Shown: positions 30,101 to 39,275 of the stretch, one piece after another
Layout of the letters: every line of letters starts with the position of its first letter
Position numbering within the stretch: position 1 is the first letter of the stretch
Assembly: GCA_025060305.1 (NCBI GenBank)
Contig: JANXCD010000001.1
Coordinates: 1 to 46,237 of the forward strand
Reading direction: 5' to 3'
DNA length: 46,237 bases
Source of the DNA: Armatimonadota bacterium
GTDB taxonomy: Bacteria; Armatimonadota; Fervidibacteria; Fervidibacterales; Fervidibacteraceae
Position numbers and translations under genes: made by a program
The notes under the pieces: generated by a model
The model's database searches: none
What the model saw: only the letters and a program-made list of their open reading frames with translations
Told to the model about the DNA's origin: nothing

Positions 30101-31045
30101 CTAATTGCCTTCCGATGTCTCCTCACTCTTGGGCAAGCCACCCATTCGGTTAATTAAATCCGAGATTGTTTCAATTTCGCCGAGTGCTTCACGGAAAGAT
30201 TCAATTTCGTTTTCAGAGATGGGTTTAATTTTCCTTTGAACTTCACGAAATTCAGGGGTTATCGGTTGGCTGATTTCCGCTTCTTCTGCTTTCTGAAGTT
30301 GTCTTAGCCTTTGCTCAACTTCACTGCCGTAAGTTTCAGGGTCAATTTCTTTTGCCCTTTGATAGGCTTTAATTGCTTCTTCCCATTCGGTTAACATCTC
30401 GTGCATTAATCCAATCCAAAAGTTGAGCCTCGCATCCATTAATTCCTTGCCAGAGTAACTCAAGCCGTTGCGAAAATCTTCAATCGCCCTTTTGAGAGTT
30501 TGCTCAAAGGCTTCCTTATCTGTCACCACAAATTGTTGACCTATAGGTTCCCACTTTGCATACTTCGTTAAAGCCAGCCTGTGGCGATTGTAACCCAAAA
30601 CTAAGTAAGTAACTGGATGGTGAGCACCATACTTGATTGCTTCTTCCAAGCAACTTATGGTTGCTTCAATGTCGCCCAATTGGTAGTAGCAATGGGCTTT
30701 CAAAAGTTCACGGACAACAATTTCGTCTTGAGCGTAGGCTGTCAATCTTTCCAATTTTTGAACCAAATTTAGAAGTGCTGACCTCATTTCAATTCCCAAC
30801 GGCACAAGATAACGCATTTGCAATTCCTGAGAACGAGCAAGTTTAGCCATCGCTTTGTGATGCCAAAGTTCGTAACTGAGCATCGCCTCAAAGACTGTCA
30901 AAAGAGTAGTGCAATAGGGTTGGCATTTTTCCAAATGCTCAAGAGCCACTTGCAAATAGCGGATGAAGATTTCGTGGGCTGTTGGAAAGTGACTAAGCCT
31001 TTCGATGTCCTTGCGAATCTGATACAACCTTTCTGTCCATTCCAT
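30101..31045 (-). CDS. Tetratricopeptide-repeat protein
   Basis: AHCYYQLGDIEATISCLEEAI and IGLMHEMLTEWEEAIKAYQRAKEIDP TPR-like helices. Confidence 0.7.
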   Translation of the reverse strand: MEWTERLYQIRKDIERLSHFPTAHEIFIRYLQVALEHLEKCQPYCTTLLTVFEAMLSYELWHHKAMAKLARSQELQMRYLVPLGIEMRSALLNLVQKLERLTAYAQDEIVVRELLKAHCYYQLGDIEATISCLEEAIKYGAHHPVTYLVLGYNRHRLALTKYAKWEPIGQQFVVTDKEAFEQTLKRAIEDFRNGLSYSGKELMDARLNFWIGLMHEMLTEWEEAIKAYQRAKEIDPETYGSEVEQRLRQLQKAEEAEISQPITPEFREVQRKIKPISENEIESFREALGEIETISDLINRMGGLPKSEETSEGN

Positions 31046-31225
31046 TTTTCATCACCACCTGCCGCAGTTGCTACGGCAGTCATTATTTTAGCCCAAAATT
31101 TTTAGCCACTTTCACAACGGTGCACTGACAAACTTTATGGGTAAAGAGAAGCAACGAAAAACCTTTCCACACTGAATTGACAATTTGACAGGAGACCCAG
31201 ATTTCGCATTTCGCAACCATCGGCT

Positions 31226-32287
31226 TTACCTTGACCATCTTTCTTTTGCGGGCGGTAGCGGCGGGAATGGAGAGTGTGGTTCAGTTTGATACCAATAAGC
31301 CACTGAAGCAATATCGTCAGTGAGCGGCTGGAACTTGCCATTGGGATACCAACCAAGCGCTTGAATTGTCACTTTCAAATCGCTCTTAAAGCGGATTGGG
31401 TCAAAGATGTGGAAGCGATAAAGGCAATGTCTTGGGACTTCGCCTGCCTCTGACTTCCTAAAGGGATAGCCGAGAAACGCTGTTGAGTAAGTTTTGCCAC
31501 CGAAGCCCCAAGCGCCGCCGACATAATCTTCTGTTCCTGTCCCGCAAATCGTCGGAAATTCAGTATCGCCGTCAATGTAGAACTTGATTTCGCCCTCGCC
31601 CCACCAACCGTTTGAAAGTTGTGTCCAGGCAAGGAAAGTTCCAACATAATGACCGCAACCTTTTATGCCTTCCAAAATCGTGTGTTCAGGATGCTCTCTC
31701 GTCGTCATTGAGCGGCGCCATTGAGCGTGGAAATAGCCGATGTTTTCAGGTAAATTTGGGACAAGTGCATAGGTGATTTGATAAAAGAAGCCGTGAATGT
31801 CTTCCCAACGCTGGTTTTCAATCGTTATGACCGCTCGCTTGCGAAAAGGCATCGGGAAGTAGCAATTGAAACCGCCGACAGGATTGACAGCGATTGGAAG
31901 GGAATTGACTTCGTAACGCAAACCGTGACCGTTGCAGAAGAAATCACCTAAGGGAACTTCAACGGAAGGACTTTCTTCCTCGTCCCAAAACATTCTGAGC
32001 ACACAATCTCGGTAGGCTTTTTCGCTAACTGTGATCCAAATGTGCTGGATGACACCGCAACCTTGAATATCAGCCAAAGTCACAGTTTCGCCTGATTTCA
32101 AAGTGATACATGGGCGAACTTTCCAACCTCGCCCAAGTTCGGAAGCAGGGTTATCAGGGTTTGGTTCTGCTTTTGCTCCGCCGCCCTTTTCGCCTGTCGG
32201 GTTCTCAGCAGAAATTGAACGGGTTTCAGCATCAAGCAATAAAGGCAAACTACCCAGCCCCAAACAGAACTGCATCAACGCATCCAT
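31226..32287 (-). CDS. Glycoside hydrolase family 172 (DUF2961)
   Basis: SISAENPTGEKGGG, PSVEVPLGDFF, GWWGEGEIKFYIDGD, GTGTEDY, SVAYWYQ. Confidence 0.9.
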   Translation of the reverse strand: MDALMQFCLGLGSLPLLLDAETRSISAENPTGEKGGGAKAEPNPDNPASELGRGWKVRPCITLKSGETVTLADIQGCGVIQHIWITVSEKAYRDCVLRMFWDEEESPSVEVPLGDFFCNGHGLRYEVNSLPIAVNPVGGFNCYFPMPFRKRAVITIENQRWEDIHGFFYQITYALVPNLPENIGYFHAQWRRSMTTREHPEHTILEGIKGCGHYVGTFLAWTQLSNGWWGEGEIKFYIDGDTEFPTICGTGTEDYVGGAWGFGGKTYSTAFLGYPFRKSEAGEVPRHCLYRFHIFDPIRFKSDLKVTIQALGWYPNGKFQPLTDDIASVAYWYQTEPHSPFPPLPPAKERWSR

Positions 32288-32316
32288 TTTTCAATCACCT
32301 CCAAAATTTTCTCCCA

Positions 32317-32372
32317 TTTTTACTGCAAAGTTCGTCGGTGCTTTATATCCATGCCACTGGCTTTAGCCAGTT
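32317..32372. repeat. Left-half copy of the MITE/REP-like family
   Basis: TTTACTGCAAAGTTCGTCGGTGCTTTATATCCATGCCACTGGCTTTAGCCAGT, near-identical to 23231-23282. Confidence 0.78.
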
Positions 32373-32455
32373 GACACAATTTTAGACAGCGATAAAACGA
32401 AAGTTTTCGCTAATTTGCTTTCGTAAAAATTTACTGCAAATTTCTGCTCAAGGAG

Positions 32456-33415
32456 GTGGCAATTTTGTTCAAACAAGACATTTTTGAGCCGATGATTCCT
32501 CATTCAATGGCTCATGCTTCAACTTTGACAGAACTACCTGACGGCAATTTGCTTTGCGCTTTTTACGCTGGCACTTACGAAACTGCACCTGACCAAACCA
32601 TCTTCATTGTCCGAGGTCAAAAGCGTTCCAATGGCAAATGGGATTGGGAACGACCTAAAAAGTTGATTGACACTCCGAAAAAGGCTGATGGTAACCCAGT
32701 CCTTTTCACTGCCCCAGACGGAACTGTTTGGCTCTTTTTCGTCACCCTTCAAAACTCAAGTTGGACATCATCGCTTCTGTTTGCAACGAAATCTCATGAT
32801 GGCGGAAAAACTTGGACAGAGGTGCAATTGCTTTCAGCAATTCAAGGGATAATGCCGAGAACGAAACCTTTGGTCTTGAAGGATAGCACATGGTTGCTGC
32901 CACTTTACGATGAACGAAAATGGCAACCAATTTTTTGGCTCTCAGAAGACAAAGGTCAAAATTGGCATGAGGTCAAAGTTCAAACTCGCTTTAGGCTAAT
33001 CCAGCCAGCAGTTGTTGAACTTTCCGACGGCAAGTTGTTGGCTTATTGCCGAAGCGCTTCTGGACGAATTTTCAGGCTCGTCTCGGAAGACAAAGGACGA
33101 AATTGGACTGAACCTGAGCCAACTTACTTGCTCAACCCCAACAGTGCTGTTGACATGTCAAAGTTGCCAGATGGCAGTTTAGTTTTGGCTTTCAATGACA
33201 GCGTTGACAAGCGGACACCTCTTAGCATCGCTTTTTCCCCCAACGAAAGTGAAAAGTGGGTTGTAATTCGTGATTTGGAAGTTGGCAATGGTGAGTTCAG
33301 TTATCCCTGCCTGCTTGTAACTTCTGATGGCAGCCTACATTGCTCTTACACCTTCCAACGCCGAACCATACGACACTCAGTTTTCAGCAAAAACTGGTTG
33401 ACTGGTGCTTCGTAG
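32456..33415 (+). CDS. BNR/Asp-box beta-propeller, sialidase (GH33)-like protein
   Basis: Asp-boxes SHDGGKTW, SEDKGQNW, SEDKGRNW; NPNS, RTPL, FSYP. Confidence 0.85.
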   Translation: MAILFKQDIFEPMIPHSMAHASTLTELPDGNLLCAFYAGTYETAPDQTIFIVRGQKRSNGKWDWERPKKLIDTPKKADGNPVLFTAPDGTVWLFFVTLQNSSWTSSLLFATKSHDGGKTWTEVQLLSAIQGIMPRTKPLVLKDSTWLLPLYDERKWQPIFWLSEDKGQNWHEVKVQTRFRLIQPAVVELSDGKLLAYCRSASGRIFRLVSEDKGRNWTEPEPTYLLNPNSAVDMSKLPDGSLVLAFNDSVDKRTPLSIAFSPNESEKWVVIRDLEVGNGEFSYPCLLVTSDGSLHCSYTFQRRTIRHSVFSKNWLTGAS

Positions 33416-33472
33416 TGTTTGGCTAATATCTTGCCCTCCAAGAAATCCTTTGACTGTTGGATTAACGCTAAT

Positions 33473-33739
33473 GTTCTTCACTGTAAAGTTTGTTGATGCT
33501 CGGTTAGCCATTCCAATGGTTTTAGCCAATGGGTTGATGACTGACAAACGGAACGCCGAATTCATTCGGCGAAAATTTGTAAGGGCGGATGAAATCCGTC
33601 CGCAAATTTTCGTAGGGGGCAGACAAAGTCCGCCTGATTGTTTTTTGGAAGGTTTCAACACTTTTCTTCAGCCACTATGGGCTAAAGGCTCATAGCATGG
33701 TGATGAAAAAGCGTTCACCACCAACATTTAGTAAAGAGC
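33473..33739. mobile_element. Degenerate full copy of the MITE-like element with nested GTAG-type REP hairpins
   Basis: Ends GTTCTTCACT / AGTAAAGAGC; inverted GGCTTTAGCC-type hairpins; GCCGAATTCATTCGGC; GTAAGGGCGGATGAAATCCGTCC and GTAGGGGGCAGACAAAGTCCGCC inside. Confidence 0.75.
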
Positions 33740-33869
33740 GTTGAAATAAAGAGCGAGAGAATAACTTATGAGGTTTGAGACAAAGTTTGAAGGTTTTTGT
33801 GCTACCATTATTATGTTGACAAAGGTAATTTGCAACCAATTGCAACCAATTGAACCGAGGTGAAAGAAA

Positions 33870-35039
33870 GTGAGGGTTTTGCTTTACACCGGCAAAGGTG
33901 GAGTGGGCAAAACGAGTATCTCAGCGGCGACAGCCCTTCACTGCGCTGAATTAGGATACAAGACATTGGTCATGAGCACTGACCCAGCCCACTCACTCGC
34001 TGATTCACTTGCTCAGCCTATCAAAAGTGAGCCAACCCCGCTTGCGAAAAACCTTTGGGGTCTTGAAATTGATCCTTTCAGAGAAATTGAGGAGAATTGG
34101 GCAATTGTTAAAGATTACTTGTCAACCCTCTTTGCATCGCAAGGTGTTGACAATATCGTTGCAGAAGAACTCTCAATCTTGCCTGGTATGGACGAACTTT
34201 TCAGCCTGCTGAAAATCCGACAGTTTTATGAGCAAGAGGCTTACGATGTCACTGTCGTGGATTGCGCACCAACGGGAGCGACTTTGAGACTTCTTCATTT
34301 TCCCGAAATGATCGGTTGGTATATGCGAAGGCTCTTTCATGTAGAAAGGAAAGTTGTCGGGACAATCAGAAAATTCACTGATGAACTTTTCTCCGTCCCG
34401 CTACCAGGCGACGAAGTTTACAACACTGTTGAAAGGCTTTACAAAAGAGTAGGTGAAATGAAGGCTGTCCTTTCTGACCCCAATGTGACATCAATCAGGT
34501 TGGTGCTTAATCCTGAAAAAATGGTGATTGAAGAAACGAGGAGAGCCTACACCTACCTAAACTTATTCGGCTTTGTGTGCGACGCAATAATAGCCAACAA
34601 AGTTTTGCCTGAAGAAGTCACCGATGAATACTTTGCCGAATGGAAGGTGTCGCAGCGAAAGTATCTTGAAGAAATTGAGGCTTCCTTCGGAGAATTGCCC
34701 ATCTTCAAGGTCAGGCTTTACGAGCGTGAAGTGGTCGGCTTGGACGCTCTCAGGCAGATGGCTCGTGAACTTTATGGGAGCAAAGACCCGACAGAAAAGT
34801 TTTCTAAAGATAAGCCCATGAAGATTGTCAAGCGTGGCAAGGATTATTGGCTTGAGTTGCAACTCCCATTCGTTGAAAAAGGTGACATCCAATTACTCAG
34901 GAAGGGAGACGAATTGATTGTCAGATTGGGAAGCATAAAACGCCATATCGTTTTGCCCCATATCTTAGCGAAGCAAGAACCGAAGTTAGCAAAACTTGAA
35001 AACGGAATCCTGCAAATCAAGTTCGGACTATCACCTTAG
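33870..35039 (+). CDS. ArsA/Get3-family ATPase with C-terminal HSP20-like domain
   Basis: GKGGVGKT, STDPAHSL, LPGMDEL, DCAPTG; C-terminal LPFVEKGDIQL..GDELIVRLG...AKLENGILQIKF. Confidence 0.9.
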   Translation: MRVLLYTGKGGVGKTSISAATALHCAELGYKTLVMSTDPAHSLADSLAQPIKSEPTPLAKNLWGLEIDPFREIEENWAIVKDYLSTLFASQGVDNIVAEELSILPGMDELFSLLKIRQFYEQEAYDVTVVDCAPTGATLRLLHFPEMIGWYMRRLFHVERKVVGTIRKFTDELFSVPLPGDEVYNTVERLYKRVGEMKAVLSDPNVTSIRLVLNPEKMVIEETRRAYTYLNLFGFVCDAIIANKVLPEEVTDEYFAEWKVSQRKYLEEIEASFGELPIFKVRLYEREVVGLDALRQMARELYGSKDPTEKFSKDKPMKIVKRGKDYWLELQLPFVEKGDIQLLRKGDELIVRLGSIKRHIVLPHILAKQEPKLAKLENGILQIKFGLSP

Positions 35040-36179
35040 TGTCTTTTGAGATTCAACGAAAACCTTGACAAAATCTTTGTCCCATTGAGTTCCAGCACCT
35101 TCAATCAAAATTTGAAGCGCCTTCTCTTTTGGCATTCCAGGTCTGTAAGGTCTCTCACTGGTCATTGCATCAAAGCCGTCAGCAACAGCCAGTAACCTTC
35201 CCATGAAAGGAATTTCTTCACCTTTAAGTCCGAAGGGATAACCTTTCCCATCAATCCTTTCGTGATGGTAAAGCACACCTTCCAAAATCCCGCCACGAAA
35301 TTGCCAGATGTCTTTCAGTATCTCGTAACCGATGACAGGATGTTGCTTCATGACTTGCCATTCTTCATCCGAAAGTTTGTCAGGTTTGTTAAGGACTAAA
35401 TCTGGTATTCCAATTTTGCCGATGTCATGAAGCAAACCAGAAATTTCCACCTTCTCAATTTCGCTTTCGTTCAAACCAATTGTTTTTGCTATTTCAACGG
35501 CATAGCGTGTTACTCTCCCTGAATGACCTGCAGTCCAAGGCGATTTGGCGTCAATGGCGACTGACATTGCTCTTATTGTCCCTCGGAAAGTTTCTTGAAG
35601 GCGCTGATAAAGGAAAGAACTTTCTATCACGCCACCTGTTTGAGTAGCAATTGTTGAAAGTAACTTCAACTCACCTGCTTTGAACCCACCATGCTTTTGA
35701 TTCCATGCGATCAAAATGCCTTGTGCATGTCCTTGAGGATTTATTGGGACTGCAGCAATATTGAAAATTCCGAAAAGCCGAGCCATTTCGCCGCATTGTG
35801 GGTGCTGGAAGAAATCATTGATGATAAAACCTCGCTTTCGCCCAAGGGCTTCCAAAGCCAAATTTTCAGCCAAACTTGAACACAACCATTCTTCACGACC
35901 AGTTGGGCACTTAACTCCACAAAGTTTCCAACCTTCTTCGCTTTTCAGTATAATCCCACAACCTTCAGCGCTCAATATGTCCATTGCATGAAGGAGCGCC
36001 AGTTCAACTGCTCGGTCAATATCAAGCACGCCCCTAAGTTGCTCAGCCAGTTCGTAAAGTAGTGTCAACTCCTCCCATGCTTCAGCCAAAGTGGCAGAAA
36101 GTTGCTGGGCTTCAAGGCGTGCTTTCTGCAAATCTTCAAGCAAATTAGCCAATTGACTGCCCGTTTCAACTTCCGCCAC
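35031..36179 (-). CDS. GAF plus HD-GYP c-di-GMP phosphodiesterase
   Basis: GHSGRV, LLHDIGKIG, HHERIDGKGYP, ADGFDAMTSERPYR; GTG 36179 after GGAGGTGA. Confidence 0.9.
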   Translation of the reverse strand: MAEVETGSQLANLLEDLQKARLEAQQLSATLAEAWEELTLLYELAEQLRGVLDIDRAVELALLHAMDILSAEGCGIILKSEEGWKLCGVKCPTGREEWLCSSLAENLALEALGRKRGFIINDFFQHPQCGEMARLFGIFNIAAVPINPQGHAQGILIAWNQKHGGFKAGELKLLSTIATQTGGVIESSFLYQRLQETFRGTIRAMSVAIDAKSPWTAGHSGRVTRYAVEIAKTIGLNESEIEKVEISGLLHDIGKIGIPDLVLNKPDKLSDEEWQVMKQHPVIGYEILKDIWQFRGGILEGVLYHHERIDGKGYPFGLKGEEIPFMGRLLAVADGFDAMTSERPYRPGMPKEKALQILIEGAGTQWDKDFVKVFVESQKTLR

Positions 36180-36356
36180 GAACTTCACCTCCTTCGCTTC
36201 TATGCTAACACATGTTGTCGCCTTTGGCAAACTACGAGTTAGCCCTTCAACGCAAATGATGTTTAAGAGTTATGCAGTTTAGCGTTACAATTTGAGTGAG
36301 ATTTGCAAATCTTAGCCTTTTGCTGAACATTTTGGTTGAGAGTTGCGCAGTTTGAT

Positions 36357-36433
36357 GCAGGGACGGATGAAATCCGCCTAATTTGCTGAATTTTTACGAT
36401 GGTTTTTTCGGGCAGACTGTCATCCGCCCTTAC
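36357..36433. repeat. Inverted pair of GTAG-type REP hairpins (REPIN-like)
   Basis: GCAGGGACGGATGAAATCCGCC and CGGGCAGACTGTCATCCGCCCTTAC (reverse complement GTAAGGGCGGATGACAGTCTGCCCG), matching 33579. Confidence 0.65.
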
Positions 36434-36540
36434 AAGGCAACACCGACTGTCTAAGTCCTATTTGAAATGAAGGGGCTTTTGCACTTTTGAGACAAAGGAC
36501 AAAGCACCTAAGGTGAATTTCATCGGAGGTGAGCAAGTTC

Positions 36541-37395
36541 ATGAAGAGGCGTGGGTTAGGGCGTGGGCTTGATGCTCTTATCCCAACGAGTTTTGAAGGA
36601 GAAGCGACAACAAGCGAAACAGTGGCTAATTTGCCAATCAATTCAATCCGCCCCAATCCTTTTCAGCCGAGACAGAAATTCAGCGATGACGAACTTGAAA
36701 CCCTCGCTTTGTCCATTAAGATGCATGGTCTACTCCAGCCTATACTTGTCCGACCCAAAGAAGATGGCTACGAGTTGGTTGCTGGTGAGAGGAGATGGCG
36801 AGCGGCTCAAAGGGCTGGCTTAAGTGAAATCCCTGCTATCGTTAGGACATGCTCCGATGACGAACTTTTGGCTTTAGCACTCATTGAAAACCTGCAGCGT
36901 GAAGATTTGAACCCCATTGATGAGGCTCAAGCCTACAAGACACTAATGGAAAAGTTCGGGTTGACGCAAGAAGCAATCGCTGAACGAATAGGCAAAAGCA
37001 GGGCTGCTATTGCCAACTCTGTCAGGCTTTTGAATTTGCCTGAAACCATCAAGCAATCTTTAAGGGATGGTCAAATTACTGAAGGACATGCCCGTGCTTT
37101 GCTTGGAGCGCCAGACGAAGGGTTGATGATGGAAGTTTTTCAGCAAGTTGTAAAACTTGGGCTTTCGGTCAGGCAAACAGAAACTCTCGTCCAAAGGTTG
37201 ACAAAAAAACACAAAAGAAAAGAAGGCTTCGCTGACCCAAATTTGATTGCTATACAAAAAGTTTTGGAAGAAAGATTGCAACTGCCAGTTAAAATCAGAA
37301 AAGGGCGGAAAGGAGGGGTTCTGGAATTGAGGTTCTTCAGCGAGCAAGAACTTAAAGCCATTATCCAGCGCTTGGTTGGAGAAATTCAATTGTAA
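36541..37395 (+). CDS. parB: Chromosome partitioning protein ParB/Spo0J
   Basis: GLGRGLDALI, PNPFQPR, GERRWRA, ENLQREDL, HTH, GHARAL. Confidence 0.93.
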   Translation: MKRRGLGRGLDALIPTSFEGEATTSETVANLPINSIRPNPFQPRQKFSDDELETLALSIKMHGLLQPILVRPKEDGYELVAGERRWRAAQRAGLSEIPAIVRTCSDDELLALALIENLQREDLNPIDEAQAYKTLMEKFGLTQEAIAERIGKSRAAIANSVRLLNLPETIKQSLRDGQITEGHARALLGAPDEGLMMEVFQQVVKLGLSVRQTETLVQRLTKKHKRKEGFADPNLIAIQKVLEERLQLPVKIRKGRKGGVLELRFFSEQELKAIIQRLVGEIQL

Positions 37396-37545
37396 AGTTC
37401 CATCTTGCTTTGCGTTTGCAAAGCGGTCAAAATTTAGATGGCATGCTTTCTGCTTGTGGAATTGTTGCCCTTTATAGAAAAAATTTCTCGTTCGCCTTTT
37501 ATTAAAAGTGGCGAAATGGTTAAATTTAAGGTAGGTGAACAAAAA

Positions 37546-38640
37546 ATGGCTCGCAAAGCAGTCCTAACTGAAAAGGTTGAGTTTGAATCTGAAGATGAAC
37601 AGGAGCAGAAAATTACTTCAGTTCGTAAAGACGATGAAAGGCAAAAGTTGCTTGAAGCAACGATAGCCCAGATTGAGAAAAAACATGGCAAAGGTGCAAT
37701 CATGAGGTTGACAGAAATGCCATCACGACTTCAAGTTGACGCCATCTCAACTGGAGCAGTTGAACTTGACATTGCTTTGGGAATAGGAGGGATACCGAGG
37801 GGACGAGTTACCGAAATTTTTGGGCAAGAAGGTTCAGGCAAAACCACTCTCGCCTATCACATTATCGCTGAAGCCCAAAAATTTGGTGGCGTTGCTGTTT
37901 ATATTGACACTGAGCATGCCCTTGACCCTGAATATGCTAAAAATATTGGGATTGACCTTGAAAGGCTTTTGTTGTCTCAACCTGATACTGGTGAGCAAGC
38001 CCTTGAAATTGCAGATGCTTTCGTCCGAAGCGGAGCCGTTGATGTTATCGTCATAGATAGCGTTGCTGCCCTTGTGCCTAAGGCTGAACTTGAAGGCGAA
38101 ATGGGTGAGTCTCATGTTGGATTGCAAGCGAGGTTGATGTCGCAAGCGTTAAGAAAACTTGTAGGCTCAATTCATAAGTCTCGGACCGCTGCTATTTTCA
38201 CCAATCAAGTTCGGCAAAGAATTGGAATAACCTATGGCAACCCTGAAACTACCCCTGGCGGTCTTGCCCTTAAGTTTTACGCTACTGTTCGGCTGAGATT
38301 AAGTCGTGGCGAGCCTATTAAGGTTGGCAACGAAACTGTTGGGCACAGGGTAGAAGTTAAGGTCGTTAAAAACAAACTTGCTCCACCCTTCAAAGACGCA
38401 ACTGTTGACATTTACTTCGGCAAGGGAATTTCTTGGGCTACCAGTTTGCTTGAAGCGGGTGTCAAGTATGGTGTCATCCAAAAATCAGGCAACTGGTTCA
38501 TTTACGGCGACGAAAGATTAGGGCAGGGACGGGAGAATGCTAAAGCCTTCCTTGAAGCCCATCCTGAAATTGCTTCCAAAATTGATAGGGCTGTCCGAGA
38601 AAAGGCAGGTATTCTCCCACCAATGAAAGAAACAGTTTGA
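37546..38640 (+). CDS. recA: Recombinase RecA
   Basis: [50 protein letters not shown]; likely ATG 37546. Confidence 0.98.
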   Translation: MARKAVLTEKVEFESEDEQEQKITSVRKDDERQKLLEATIAQIEKKHGKGAIMRLTEMPSRLQVDAISTGAVELDIALGIGGIPRGRVTEIFGQEGSGKTTLAYHIIAEAQKFGGVAVYIDTEHALDPEYAKNIGIDLERLLLSQPDTGEQALEIADAFVRSGAVDVIVIDSVAALVPKAELEGEMGESHVGLQARLMSQALRKLVGSIHKSRTAAIFTNQVRQRIGITYGNPETTPGGLALKFYATVRLRLSRGEPIKVGNETVGHRVEVKVVKNKLAPPFKDATVDIYFGKGISWATSLLEAGVKYGVIQKSGNWFIYGDERLGQGRENAKAFLEAHPEIASKIDRAVREKAGILPPMKETV

Positions 38641-38697
38641 ACTTGACGAAACCCAAAAATCACATCAGCCCCAGCAGTAAAACGAGGTCGTTGAACT

Positions 38698-39231
38698 GTG
38701 AGAGGTCACCTGAAAGGAAAGGCACAGGCACCACAAACAAAAGAACAAAAGATAGAACAAGCAAAGACAGCAGCCTTAAGGCTGTTGCGCTACCGACCTC
38801 GCAGCGAGCGGGAACTTTTAACCCGCCTGAAAGCGAAAGGTTGGGAGGCTTCGGTAGCAGAAGAAGTGGTTGAGCGATTGAAAGGCGTCGGATTAGTTAA
38901 CGATTATCAGATGGCGGAAGAATATGTCCAAGGTGCTCTCTCTGACACTCAACCTCACTCAAGGTTTGAAATTAAATACAAACTGAAATCTTTGGGCATC
39001 TCGGAAGAAATTGTTGAAGATGTCCTATCCCTTTGGACAGATGAGGTTGAGTTTGAAATGGCAAAAAGATACATTGAGCGTCGTCTTGGACGAACTCGCA
39101 AGCCGACAGTGAAGGACATCTCAAGGGCTTTTCGTGCTGCGAAGCAAAAAGGCTTTGAACTTAGAGCAATTCGCTCCGCTCTCAATTCCTTCAGTGACCT
39201 TTCCTTCAGTGACCTCTCCGAAATTGACTGA
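38698..39231 (+). CDS. recX: Recombination regulator RecX
   Basis: ALRLLRYRPRSERELLTRL, GLVND, KGF; directly after recA. Confidence 0.88.
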   Translation: MRGHLKGKAQAPQTKEQKIEQAKTAALRLLRYRPRSERELLTRLKAKGWEASVAEEVVERLKGVGLVNDYQMAEEYVQGALSDTQPHSRFEIKYKLKSLGISEEIVEDVLSLWTDEVEFEMAKRYIERRLGRTRKPTVKDISRAFRAAKQKGFELRAIRSALNSFSDLSFSDLSEID

Positions 39232-39275
39232 CTTCGTTTTGCTGTCAGGGCTGATACCAGCGAGGTGAGAGACAG

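Noticed and set aside
33405-33695. Overlapping ORFs on both strands
   Set aside because: They lie within the palindromic repeat element
37396-37545. LexA/SOS box upstream of recA (and uvrA)
   Set aside because: No convincing GAAC-N4-GTTC or CTGT-N8-ACAG, and no clear motif shared by both upstream regions
36180-37545. parS site near parB
   Set aside because: No match to TGTTTCACGTGAAACA found by eye
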